This document shows positions 49,677-59,513 of a DNA stretch of 64,000 bases, piece after piece; the stretch's first letter is position 1, and every line of letters begins with the position of its first letter. Below the pieces are notes generated by a model that was not told the DNA's origin, made no database searches, and saw only the letters and a program-made list of their open reading frames with translations. The stretch lies in the NCBI GenBank assembly GCA_950072105.1, contig CATMOE010000005.1, positions 32,001 to 96,000 of the forward strand, given 5' to 3'. Source of the stretch: an uncultured Dehalococcoidia bacterium (lineage in GTDB: Bacteria > Chloroflexota > Dehalococcoidia > Lucifugimonadales > UBA3495). Made by a program: the position numbers and the translations under genes.

Positions 49677-50972
49677 TTAAGGGAGCGGCGGCAAGGTTCC
49701 CAAGTTGTTAAGCGAGAGGGCGCCTCCCCCGCAGGCCTCTCCGGGGGTGCTTGAGTGTTCGGCGGGGTCGTTGGGTTGGTGCAAAAGCAGATCAATGTCG
49801 AAATGAACCATGTCCCCTTGGTAGCGGTTGTCCGCAGCCTCGTCGATCCTGAACAATAAAAGCAAGTCTCGGGTTTCACCGGAGCCTAACCCTCCGAGTT
49901 CCACGCATAGATCCTCGACCGCGCCCAGAGGCACGGAAGCCAGGAGTTCAGTGGAACTTTCCTCAACGCCGAGCTCGAAAAAGCGCCCCAGATCATTTTG
50001 ATCCGGTGTCACCAGCCCCGTGCAAGCAGGTGGCGACCCAGGTGCGTATGCGCCCCCCTGGCTGGTACATTCTGCCTCCGAGAGGATGCCGCCGCTTTCA
50101 GTCACGTTATAGATGCGAATCGCCAAGTGCCCATCCACGCCCCCGGAATTGGTGAGTTGAACCGGCTCTGGGGCGATAGGCTGGCCCGGCTTGCTTTCCA
50201 TTGACAGGGTTGTCAGAACTCCAACGTTCAAGTCCAAGCCGATGAGCCCGTCTACCGCTTGTTCCCCTTGAACCAGACCAAAGCCGCTATCGTCGTCGGG
50301 CCCCGGTACCCCCATGTCGATGGCGGTGCTCTCCATTTTCGAATAAATCTGGGAAGGGGTAATCAGGGGCTCTGCGTCTATCATCATCGCTGCCAATGCC
50401 GCGGCATGCGGAGCAGCGGCGGAGGTACCGAAGAAATTGGGGAAACCATCCTGCTCGCAACATCCACCTCCCGATGCATCGGACGATCCGAAGAAGGTAG
50501 TGTTGGTGCCGTCGGGGGCAACGATTTCGGGCTTGGCCCGCACTTCGGCCGTTCCTAGCCGGACGCCCGAGACATCGAACAGGATGGGCGTCGGCCCCGC
50601 CGATGAGAAGGATTCCAATTCGGGCGGGTCAACTCCGAAGGCGGGTGTCTTAACATAGTCGGCGGCGCCGGTGGCCTCGGCTCCGGCGGCGTTGGCGTGT
50701 CCGTAAATAGTTCCGCTGTTGGTGGCGAATTCATTGATCGCGCTCGAGCCGAAGATCACGTATTTCATGAAACCGGGATTCGCTCCGCTGAAGACCCCGA
50801 TCAGTACATTGACCGTGAGGTTCGAACCCGTTGTGTTGGTGTAGGCGAAAACTTCACCCGGGTCGCCACCCACGTTTCCCACAGTGGCCCCGGCGATCGC
50901 GGTGGTTATCGCCGCATCTATCAGGAAAATGTCCAGGTCGTTGGCAGCGCTGGCGCTGCGGCCGAGACCGGA
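49677..50972 (-). pseudogene. 5'-truncated S8 (subtilase) peptidase
   Basis: NDLDIFL, FSSAGP, KPEIVAPDG, FFGTSAAAPHAAA, SGFGLV present; no catalytic Asp/His region or signal peptide before the in-frame stop near 50975. Confidence 0.8.
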
Positions 50973-51253
50973 CTAGAGGACTTAACTGCCGGCCTAACCT
51001 CTGGCTCGACGGATACGCCTTCGGCGCCATAAAGTTCCCAAGGCTTGAAAGACTCAACGAAAGCCTTGGCTTCTTTCATAGTCGGTAATCCGTCTTTCGA
51101 ATTCCTTGGGTCATATTCGGCGGTGGTTACATAGGCGGCGAATCTTTGGTTGACCTCCGTAAACCCACCGATTCTCTGTTCCCGTCCGGTTACGTCGTTG
51201 GTGAGTACCAGGTTCTGTCCCCGTCTCGCGTCTTGCCAGTAAACTATAATCAT
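50921..51253 (-). CDS. hypothetical protein (110 aa)
   Basis: protein-like ORF MIIVYWQDARRGQNLVL...AKAFVESFKPWELYG; 3' end runs into the S8 remnant. Confidence 0.65.
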   Translation of the reverse strand: MIIVYWQDARRGQNLVLTNDVTGREQRIGGFTEVNQRFAAYVTTAEYDPRNSKDGLPTMKEAKAFVESFKPWELYGAEGVSVEPEVRPAVKSSSPVSAAAPALPTTWTFS

Positions 51254-51673
51254 TAAGATTTCCAGATTGATAAGAATTAACCGCGCCTCCCGTTTCGAGG
51301 ACTCGTCCAGAAAGATTACCAGGGCGTTCTGGTCCAAATCTCCAGTGCTGGACTGAGCCGGTTATCTTAAGCCCAGGCCGCGGCTGGCGGAGATGGCGAA
51401 CCGTCGGATGCTAACACAATATCAACTAAATGACGGCGTAGTCTATGAGTCATTCTACCTAGATTTGCTTTATATAACCTTTGTTCTAGGTTTCAGTGTT
51501 CTCTCGGATAAGACCACCATCAGCTTATGCTGGGCGCTACGCCGATAGACACGGTCTAGGCGGATTTGGCGCGAGAGCCGCGGAAAACAATTGGATGGAC
51601 ATACTGGAAGGTGCTCTATGGACCAGTTCTGCCATAACGTGCGTGGCAGATTATATTAGCTCGTGGAGGGTTT

Positions 51674-52153
51674 ATGAAAAGGACCTCACTGATAACTTTA
51701 GGACTTTTTACCGCCACGTTGGTCTTAGCCATCGCCTGCAGTGCTCCCGAGCCTACAAAGACTCCCGCTCCTCGCTCGCAATCCGAGATCGACAGTAAGC
51801 GGGGCCGGCCCATCATCAGCACGGTAGGCGACGCATTGAGATTCGATAGGGCCGAACTTCGCGAAACCAATCAGGCGTCGATAAAGCTAACTTTTGTCAA
51901 CGCGTCCAAGATTTACCAGCACAACTGGGTGCTGGTGAAGGCTGGCACTAAAGACGCGGTGGCAAGTGCCGGCGCGGCCGCGGGCGCCGAAAATGGCTGG
52001 ATCCCGGCCGGGGATGATAGGATTCTTGCCCACAGCGGTCTGTTGGATCCCGGCGAGACGGAAGTGGTAAGTTTCAGCGCCCCATTCGTTGGGACGTATC
52101 AGTTCGTGTGCACCTTTCCTGGGCACGCCGCCACCATGTTCGGGAATTTGTAG
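51674..52153 (+). CDS. azurin/auracyanin-like blue-copper lipoprotein (paralog 2)
   Basis: LAIA-C lipobox; HNWVL, CTFPGHAATM; GGAGG RBS. Confidence 0.88.
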   Translation: MKRTSLITLGLFTATLVLAIACSAPEPTKTPAPRSQSEIDSKRGRPIISTVGDALRFDRAELRETNQASIKLTFVNASKIYQHNWVLVKAGTKDAVASAGAAAGAENGWIPAGDDRILAHSGLLDPGETEVVSFSAPFVGTYQFVCTFPGHAATMFGNL

Positions 52154-52310
52154 CGACGGGGCTAGCCCGGCCTAACAGGTGAGATAGTCTCGGCTGGGGA
52201 GATTCCAGTAGCGGTTGGACCGAATCGGCAGGCAAATCACCCGAACATGCCGGTTCATAGAGCGGCAGCTAGGTTCCCCATCCGGCGAAAATTGGGATAA
52301 CATAACGCCG

Positions 52311-52766
52311 ATGAGATTCTTCCTGCGGTCTTTGTTGCTACTCAAGAGCGGCGTGGTTCTGCTGGTCAGGTTGCTTTGGACGGTTGCCAGGCTTTTGGCT
52401 GGGGCGCATCCTCTGCAAACCGGCAAGTCTGGGCGGGGCCGGGAGCCCGGCGGCCGGACGCCGGTTCGGGTCCGGCGGGATTGGGACGACCACCGTGTCG
52501 GGACAGTCCGCTGGTCCGACTTGGGAAACCCCCGTTGGGACATGGTTTCGGGCGGGACCCAAACTCGAACGCCCCAGCCCTTCGTCCACGGCTACGTGAT
52601 GTGCGACAAAGTGAGGGGCGATATTGCCCACTCATGCATCCACGGGCCCGCTCCCCACAACATCAAGGTATGCATTGTCGAAAAGGACAACAGCAGACAG
52701 GTCTGGGATTACTTGATGAAGATCGTGGGGGCCAGACTGCCCCGGAGCCACTTCGACAATAGGTAG
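52311..52766 (+). CDS. hypothetical protein with a Cys/His cluster
   Basis: HGYVMC...HSCIHGPAPHNIKVC. Confidence 0.7.
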   Translation: MRFFLRSLLLLKSGVVLLVRLLWTVARLLAGAHPLQTGKSGRGREPGGRTPVRVRRDWDDHRVGTVRWSDLGNPRWDMVSGGTQTRTPQPFVHGYVMCDKVRGDIAHSCIHGPAPHNIKVCIVEKDNSRQVWDYLMKIVGARLPRSHFDNR

Positions 52767-52791
52767 CCGGTGGCTGGGGACAGGAAGTCCC

Positions 52792-53181
52792 CTAGCCCAA
52801 CACCGCGATAATCTCCAGTTGTACCTGCACCCCCGGTGGGAAGGCGTCGTATTCGATGGCGTGACGGGCCGGACGGTTGTTTTCGTCGGGGAAGAGCTTC
52901 AGCCACGGCTTGTTGACCGCGTCCCGCTGGGACCGGTCCTTCATCCAGACCTTGACCGACCCAATGTCTTCTATGGTGCCCCCGGCGTTCTCCACCAGCG
53001 CCTGCATGTTTTGGAAGGCGAACTCGCATTGGCTTTCCAAGTCGTCGGGAGGGGTTCCGGTGGCGGGGTCGATACCTATGATGCCGCTGGAGAATAGAAC
53101 GTTGCCCACCAGGGCGCCCATGGGGATAGGCGCGCCGTGATGGACACCTTCAACGTGGATCGAGCGTCTCTTTCCGGCCAT
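52792..53181 (-). CDS. RidA/YjgF family protein
   Basis: LFSSGIIG, AVNKPW, RPARH, VQLEIIAV; AAGGAGG RBS. Confidence 0.92.
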   Translation of the reverse strand: MAGKRRSIHVEGVHHGAPIPMGALVGNVLFSSGIIGIDPATGTPPDDLESQCEFAFQNMQALVENAGGTIEDIGSVKVWMKDRSQRDAVNKPWLKLFPDENNRPARHAIEYDAFPPGVQVQLEIIAVLG

Positions 53182-53410
53182 GTAGCCTCCTTTGATGGTT
53201 GAGGATGGAGCTTGTCTGTCGGCCAGAGGCCGGGCGGCCAGGGTCTTAACGGAAGATCGATACACGAGGGCTTATTGGAGTTCTGGCCCTGGCGTCGACC
53301 GCAAACATATTAGCACAGGGCAGGTTGAGCGGCTTGGTTCGACAGATGGGCCTCCGAGGCTCCCGGTAAAATCACCGGCGGTCTCCAGCGACGGTGCTAT
53401 ACTCACCCCC

Positions 53411-54286
53411 ATGACTCCCCTCTCCCTTGGCCTCGTCCTTCTGTCCGCCCTGGCCCACTCCTCCTGGAATCTGATGCTGAAAAAGTCGGACAACCAAGAG
53501 GTATTTATATTTTGCCTCTTGGTGGCGTCGGCCGTGTTGCTAGCGCCGTTGGGCGTAACGCTATTTTGGCTATTTCCTTTCGACCCCATCGGCTGGCTGT
53601 TTGTTTTGGCCACCGTGATTCTTCATGTCTTTTATTTCATACTGTTGGGGCGCGGCTACGCCCAAGGCGACCTATCGTTGGTCTACCCCATCGCCCGAGG
53701 GTTCGGCCCGATGTTGGTGCCCATTCTGGCGGTGATCTTGCTGGGGGAAACCATTGCCTTCCCGGCGGTATTAGGTATCATCGCGATCGTCGTCGGGATT
53801 TACATAATCTCGTGGACCGGGGAGCTTCAGCGGTTCCTGTTCCAACCCTGGAGCATCCTCAGCAACACCGGCGCCCGCTACGCCGTCCTGACCGGCCTCA
53901 CCATCGCGGTCTACGCCATCATCGATAAAAGGGGTGTCAGTCACGTACAGCCCTTTCTGTACATGTATCTGATGACCTTGGGTTCGGCCGTCTGCCTGTT
54001 TCCATACATCCGGCGAAAGTGGGGAACCCAAGCTCTGGGACGGACGTGGCGTTCCCACCGGAAGTCTATCGTGGCTGCCGGCCTGCTGACTTTCCTGGCC
54101 TACGGGTTGGTGCTCACCGCCTTTTCCCTGTCGCGGGTGAGCTACATCGCCCCGGCGCGAGAGGTGGGGATAGTCGTCGGCGTGTTGATGGGAGTGGTTA
54201 TCTTGAAGGAGCCCTTTGGCCGGGCCCGGCTCGTTGGGTCGGCGGTCATCATGTTGGGCCTGGTGGCGATCGCCGTCTCGCCCTAG
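53411..54286 (+). CDS. EamA/DMT family transporter
   Basis: HSSWN, GDLSLVYPIARG, IAPAREVG; about 10 TM segments. Confidence 0.92.
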   Translation: MTPLSLGLVLLSALAHSSWNLMLKKSDNQEVFIFCLLVASAVLLAPLGVTLFWLFPFDPIGWLFVLATVILHVFYFILLGRGYAQGDLSLVYPIARGFGPMLVPILAVILLGETIAFPAVLGIIAIVVGIYIISWTGELQRFLFQPWSILSNTGARYAVLTGLTIAVYAIIDKRGVSHVQPFLYMYLMTLGSAVCLFPYIRRKWGTQALGRTWRSHRKSIVAAGLLTFLAYGLVLTAFSLSRVSYIAPAREVGIVVGVLMGVVILKEPFGRARLVGSAVIMLGLVAIAVSP

Positions 54287-54394
54287 CGGGTTAAGCGGGG
54301 CCGCAGGCTGAAGGAGTACTGTATAATACGCGGGGCCGCCTCCCTGGCGTTCCAAAGCGGCAATACTCTATCCAATATCGACAAGAAGGTAGAA

Positions 54395-55477
54395 ATGGCT
54401 GATCAAGAACGACTGGTCAATTCATTTTGCGAGATGGTACAGATCGATAGCCCCTCGGACGAAGAGGAAGACGTTGCCCGGCACCTGGTAGACCGCTTGG
54501 AAGGATTAGGGTTCCAGGTGGCCCGGGACGCCCACGGCAACGTGATCGCGTCTGAAGAGGGCGGTCAACCCTTGCTCTTATCGGCCCACATGGACACGGT
54601 GGAGCCGGGCCGGGGCATCAAACCCAGGATACAGGGAGACCGTATCGTTTCCGACGGGACAACCATATTGGGCGGCGATTGCAAAGCCGGGGTTGCGGCC
54701 ATTCTGGAAGGCCTGCAGTCGATCAAAGACGAAGGGCTGACCCGTTGTCCGGTGCAGGTAGTTTTCACCCGGGGCGAGGAGATCGGACTGATTGGCGCCA
54801 CCAACTTGGATTACTCCATGATCAGAGCCAAAGAGTCGGTGGTGTTTGACGGCAATGGACCGGTCAACACTATCACCGGAGCCAGTCCCACTTACGTGGG
54901 TTTCGACGTGACCGTCAAGGGCCGGGCGGCCCATGCGGGAGTTGAGCCGGAGAAGGGGATCTCGGCTATCCGCATCGCGTCAGACATCATCTCCCAGTTG
55001 CCCAACGGGCGATTGGACGAAGAAACCACTTTCAACGTTGGGACCATCGCCGGCGGCTCGGTACGTAACGCGGTGCCATCCGATGCTACCTTTAGCGGCG
55101 AGTTCCGCAGCCGCAACACCGAGACCCTGGACCTGCTGCGGATGGACGTCGAGGCCGTTTTTGAAAAGGCACGGCAAAAGTACTCCGAAGCCACCATCGA
55201 TGACCAATTAGAAGTGTTATTCCATATGTATAACCTGGACCCAAACGATCAAATCGTGAAGCTGGTGACCCGGGTGATGAGCGATCTGAACCTAAAACCC
55301 AACATCAAGCCCTCAGGGGGCGGCACCGACGCCAACGTGATGCGGCACCACGGCATCGAATGTGTCGTGGTCGGAATGTCCACCAACGAGATGCATACGA
55401 TAAACGAATACGTGGTGATACCTGACCTGGTAAACACAGCAATCTTTTGTCAGAACGTGCTCACGGCAAAACCGTAA
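54395..55477 (+). CDS. M20 family peptidase T-like metallohydrolase
   Basis: SAHMDTV, GGDCKAG, GEEIGL, GRAAHAG, GGGTDAN, MHTINE. Confidence 0.93.
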   Translation: MADQERLVNSFCEMVQIDSPSDEEEDVARHLVDRLEGLGFQVARDAHGNVIASEEGGQPLLLSAHMDTVEPGRGIKPRIQGDRIVSDGTTILGGDCKAGVAAILEGLQSIKDEGLTRCPVQVVFTRGEEIGLIGATNLDYSMIRAKESVVFDGNGPVNTITGASPTYVGFDVTVKGRAAHAGVEPEKGISAIRIASDIISQLPNGRLDEETTFNVGTIAGGSVRNAVPSDATFSGEFRSRNTETLDLLRMDVEAVFEKARQKYSEATIDDQLEVLFHMYNLDPNDQIVKLVTRVMSDLNLKPNIKPSGGGTDANVMRHHGIECVVVGMSTNEMHTINEYVVIPDLVNTAIFCQNVLTAKP

Positions 55478-55675
55478 AAGCATTCAGCTATCAGCGGTCA
55501 GCGCCCACCGCCCACCTCCCCCAAGGCTATTGTTGCTGGGGCAAAAGGTCAATCTCTTTACATGGATAGGACCGGTGTTTCGTTCCTCTGGTTACGAACC
55601 GCGCGAATGGGTCTGTTCCTGAAAGGTATGGGGGCGGGAAGCCCTGACAGCTGAAAGCTAACTAAGGAGTGAATT

Positions 55676-56464
55676 ATGAACGGCGCTGAGTTAAAAGCAA
55701 TATTGAAAGACGGGGGCCGGGTCTTTGGCACCATGCTAAGTCTGAGCCGGAATCCACGCTGGTTGCCGGTACTGGACGGCGTGGGTCTGGACTACGCGGT
55801 CATCGACACCGAACACGGCGCCCGCAGCCGGGGCGAATTGGGCGATTTCTTGACTATGATGAACACTACCGGCGTGGTGCCCATCGTCCGCATTCCCATA
55901 CCCGATTCCCATTACGTCACCATGGCCATGGACGCCGGCGCCCAGGGAATACTGGCGCCCTATTGCGAGACCGTGGACCAGGTTAAGGAAGTGATTGGGG
56001 CGGCCAAATGGCGTCCTTTGAAGGGCGACGCGGTGCGGCGTGTCGTAGAGACAGGAGAGCACGTCAGCGAGGCCACCAAGGCGTTTCTTGAAGAGAGGAA
56101 CAAGAATAGCATCGCCATCATCGGGATAGAGAGTGTCGACGCCGTGAAGAACCTGGAGGCGATCCTGGACGTCCCCGGTATCGACGGGATCTTCGTCGGA
56201 CCCAACGACATGAGCATCTCCCTTGGATTCCCCGATCAGTACGACCGCCCGGAATACCAGACCACGGTTAAGCATGTGATCGATACTTGTGATGCCCGTG
56301 GGATCGCCTGTTTGGTGCACCACCAGAACCCGGAGCTATCCAGTTACTGGATCAACCAGGGGGCCCGATTCATCCTTCACGGCACCGACCGCCGTGCCCT
56401 GGCCGAAGGCTTCCGCACCGAGTTCACCGAACTCCGCAAGGTGGCCGGCAATCTGCCCAAGTAG
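55676..56464 (+). CDS. HpcH/HpaI aldolase family protein
   Basis: IDTEHG, DAGAQG, IESVDAV, FVGPNDMS. Confidence 0.93.
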   Translation: MNGAELKAILKDGGRVFGTMLSLSRNPRWLPVLDGVGLDYAVIDTEHGARSRGELGDFLTMMNTTGVVPIVRIPIPDSHYVTMAMDAGAQGILAPYCETVDQVKEVIGAAKWRPLKGDAVRRVVETGEHVSEATKAFLEERNKNSIAIIGIESVDAVKNLEAILDVPGIDGIFVGPNDMSISLGFPDQYDRPEYQTTVKHVIDTCDARGIACLVHHQNPELSSYWINQGARFILHGTDRRALAEGFRTEFTELRKVAGNLPK

Positions 56465-56495
56465 GGCTTACCTTCGTTGGTTTTCTTGATGACGC

Positions 56496-56524
56496 GTAGG
56501 GGCGGGTTTCAAACCCGCCCCTAC
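56496..56524. repeat. GTAG-type REP palindrome
   Basis: GTAGGGGCGGGTTT-C-AAACCCGCCCCTAC perfect inverted repeat. Confidence 0.8.
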
Positions 56525-56604
56525 AATGTTAAGGGACTCGTAGTTAGGGGACTGGTACATAAGCGGTGGGTTGCCCGCAAGTGACCCTGGCGCGTCAAAA
56601 ACCT

Positions 56605-56892
56605 TCAGCCGATCTCGTCCTGCGATTCCCAACGGCGGCGTAACGACTCGACATAAACCCGATCGTAATCGCCGTGATGGGCGTTGCCTTCAGATTCCGC
56701 CAGTTGTTCGGCCCAGAGGTACTCCACATCCTCCCACCTGATCGGATAGGGCGTCTGGTCGAAGAACTGGGTGACAGCTTCATTAGGTCCCGGAGCGTCG
56801 ACGTATCCCATCATCTGGAAGTTGTCGTAGACGTTGCCCTGGTCCGAGACGAACCGCCCTTTCATGGCTGCCATCACTATGAAAGAAGGCAT
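56605..56892 (-). CDS. hypothetical acidic protein (95 aa)
   Basis: GGAG RBS; protein-like composition; downstream of the thiolase gene. Confidence 0.7.
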   Translation of the reverse strand: MPSFIVMAAMKGRFVSDQGNVYDNFQMMGYVDAPGPNEAVTQFFDQTPYPIRWEDVEYLWAEQLAESEGNAHHGDYDRVYVESLRRRWESQDEIG

Positions 56893-57035
56893 TTTTTGCT
56901 CCAGCAAAAAGCTATCAGCTGTCAGCCCTCAGCTTTCAGGTATTAGTATCCGAATGTTGTCTTGGTCCGGCGAACAATCCTTCGCTGGGGGGCGAGAGGC
57001 CTGGCGGCTGACAGCGGAATGCTGATCGACGCCTT

Positions 57036-58190
57036 CTACCGGGTAAGGATGTGTACGGTGGTTACGTCTCCGGCGCCGGAGCATTCGGCCAAGCCCACTC
57101 TGGCATCCTTCACTTGGCGCGGGCCTGCCTCGTGCCGAAGTTGCAGCACCGTTTCATGGATCATGCGGATACCCGTCGCGCCAAAGGGATGGCCCATGGC
57201 CAACAGGCCGCCGTCGGTGTTGGTGGGTATGTCTCCGGTCAGGGCGGTTCGCCCGTCCTCAGTGGCCCGCCAGGCTTCGCCAAATGGGACCAAGTGCAAA
57301 GCCTCGAGCTGTTGCAGTTCGCCGATGGTGGCCGCATCGTGCACTTGGACCAGGTCTACGTCCTCGGGCTTCAGTCCGCTGATCTCGTAGGCTTCCAGAG
57401 CGGCGGGTTCGGTGCGGTAGGGGCTGAAGGCCGAATGGTCGCTGCCTTTGCCGTTGTAGCCACCGGAGGTGAGCACCGCGGCGGCGATGCGTATCGCCCT
57501 ATTCTTGTCGATACCGTACCGGCTTAAGGCGTCCTCGGCGACCAGAACGGCGGCGGCGGCCCCTTCGCTGGTGGGACAACACTGGTACAGAGTCAAAGGG
57601 TCGGCGATCATTCGGGATTGTAGGACGTCCTCCACGGAATGGGTTTCCTTGCGGTGGGAGTAGGGATTGAGGGCGGCGTTCCGCCGCGCTTTCACCGCTA
57701 CTTGGGCCAGCGCTGTTTCGGGCGCGCCGGTTTCCATCATGTAGCGGCGCATCCGCAAAGCGTAGCCGGCCATCATGTGGTCGGCCCCGATGTACCGCTC
57801 CGGGCTATCTTCGGCCGTCACGGTCACCGGGCCCCGGGGCACCTTCTCCGCGCCAAAGGCCAGGGCCAAGTCAAAGATACCCGTGGTTATGCCCCAGTAG
57901 GCTTGCCAGAAGGCGGTAGAGCCGCTGGAGCAGGCGTTCTCCACGTTAATTATAGGTATCCCGGTTAGTCCTAACCGGCCCAGGGCGCCTTCGCCCATGG
58001 ACATGCCGTTGTAGTACACATGCCCGAAGTAGGCCACTTGGATATCACGCCATTGGACACCGGCGTCGCCCAGGGCGGGCACCACCGCTTCCAAAGCCAG
58101 AGCAGGCAGGTCTTTTTCCGGAAACCGGCCAAAGGAATGCAGACCAACCCCGGCCACCATTACCTGACGTCCCGGACGAAATTGGGTCAA
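57036..58190 (-). CDS. thiolase family protein (SCP2/Ltp type)
   Basis: VENACSSGS, CCPTSEGAAA, VHDA, NTDGGLLAMGHPFGATG. Confidence 0.95.
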   Translation of the reverse strand: MTQFRPGRQVMVAGVGLHSFGRFPEKDLPALALEAVVPALGDAGVQWRDIQVAYFGHVYYNGMSMGEGALGRLGLTGIPIINVENACSSGSTAFWQAYWGITTGIFDLALAFGAEKVPRGPVTVTAEDSPERYIGADHMMAGYALRMRRYMMETGAPETALAQVAVKARRNAALNPYSHRKETHSVEDVLQSRMIADPLTLYQCCPTSEGAAAAVLVAEDALSRYGIDKNRAIRIAAAVLTSGGYNGKGSDHSAFSPYRTEPAALEAYEISGLKPEDVDLVQVHDAATIGELQQLEALHLVPFGEAWRATEDGRTALTGDIPTNTDGGLLAMGHPFGATGIRMIHETVLQLRHEAGPRQVKDARVGLAECSGAGDVTTVHILTR

Positions 58191-58303
58191 GGATGTACCT
58201 CCGCAGTGGGCTAGATTGCTGCCTCAAATGAGAGAACTCGAGATTCAGTGCGATATGTAAGCGCTTGGCCGTCCTTTCCGATCCGCTTTTAAAGCCTACT
58301 GAG

Positions 58304-58582
58304 CTAATAAGATGGCCGACGGTGATGATGGGCCACAGCCAGGACTTGAACCGTGCCATCAGATTCGCGGTAAAGTACCGTGAACGGAAACCGCCCGAAT
58401 CTAATGCGGCGAATATCCGGTTCGCGCTCAATAGGGTAGTTGTTTGGGGCCTCGCAAACCCGCTCCAAGACAGATTCAAATTCGGAGAGGTAGGACTCGC
58501 CAAGTCCTGATTGCTGAGTCTCGTAGTAAGCGACTGTTTCTAGATGTTCGGCTTCGGCTGCGGGATGAAACTGGTATCTCAC
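58304..58582 (-). CDS. RelE/ParE family toxin
   Basis: FHPAAEAE, YYETQQSGLG, RFPFTVLY, LAVAHHHRRP. Confidence 0.88.
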   Translation of the reverse strand: MRYQFHPAAEAEHLETVAYYETQQSGLGESYLSEFESVLERVCEAPNNYPIEREPDIRRIRFGRFPFTVLYRESDGTVQVLAVAHHHRRPSY

Positions 58583-58803
58583 CTTAAGAGTGACCGGGCT
58601 TTCCTTCGTACCTCTTCCGCGGAGATAGGCTGTACATTCTCATTATCAAGTTCACGGGCACGGCGATCGGCTTCAACAAGCCAGGCTTGTTTCGATTCCT
58701 CTTCAGAGAGAGTGTCAAGGCTCAAAAGCAGCTTTTGTGCAAGTTTGGCTCGAGCTTCTTGAGGCAGAAGCAGTGCCTCTTGTTCGACGGTCTGAGGGTC
58801 CAT
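58579..58803 (-). CDS. addiction-module antitoxin
   Basis: ALLLPQEARAKLAQKLLLSLD...AWLVEADRR; 4-nt overlap with the toxin. Confidence 0.9.
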   Translation of the reverse strand: MDPQTVEQEALLLPQEARAKLAQKLLLSLDTLSEEESKQAWLVEADRRARELDNENVQPISAEEVRRKARSLLR

Positions 58804-58857
58804 GTCATCACCTCTTTTAGTACCGTGCGCTCAGATATTGTAACGTTACCCAGGACC

Positions 58858-59283
58858 TCATGCCATTCTGGGTTCGGGCTGGGCAGGCCGCCATTTGTAC
58901 ACTACTTTGGCGGCGCTGGAGTCTTCCCCTTGTACAAGTCTGAGAGTAAGTTCCACCGGCATGCCTATTTGTAAGGCATCCTCCTGGCAGTCCACGAGCT
59001 CCGCCAAGACCTGTGGTCCTTCCGAAAGCTCTACCTGCGCCAGTATATATGGTACTGGCCCCGGCCATCCCGCCGGTGGGATCCGGACTACGGTGTAGCT
59101 GTACAAAGTACCGGTCTGGCTGAATTCCATGGGTTCCAGCTTGGCCGAGGTGCAGCGTTGACAGAATGTCCCTGGGCCGAAGATCACCGTGCCGCACTCC
59201 AGGCAGCGCAAACCCAGAAGGACTCCTTTGGTGCCCTCGTCGTTGGTCAGTTTTAAGCGTCTGGTATCAACTGATTCTGGCAT
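58858..59283 (-). CDS. Zn-ribbon/OB-fold (DUF35) protein, thiolase partner
   Basis: CLECG...CQRC, GTLYSYTVV, PY, IGMPV. Confidence 0.92.
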   Translation of the reverse strand: MPESVDTRRLKLTNDEGTKGVLLGLRCLECGTVIFGPGTFCQRCTSAKLEPMEFSQTGTLYSYTVVRIPPAGWPGPVPYILAQVELSEGPQVLAELVDCQEDALQIGMPVELTLRLVQGEDSSAAKVVYKWRPAQPEPRMA

Positions 59284-59513
59284 TGCTCGAGCGTCCTTGT
59301 AGAGATCGAAATTTAGCTTAAACCGGCCTTGAAATAGTGTCAACTTAGGCGTCGGCCAGCCACCGCCCCATTGACCGGGAAGCGGCTACATGGTAGTTTG
59401 AGTTCGCCGATTAGTTAGCGAGTCTCTGGCCCTGCGCTGTCTAAAAAAGGCCGTTCCTCCAGCTGTCCTGAGCTTCAGATACACGGTCACCGGCCGGAAT
59501 AATTAATTTCGAT

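Noticed and set aside
49297..52200. Integrated island at tRNA-Glu
   Set aside because: No duplicated tRNA-Glu 3' end and no integrase found in the window
606..57027. Short repeat arrays as CRISPR
   Set aside because: No constant repeat with unique spacers and no cas genes; the repeats are coding or heptameric
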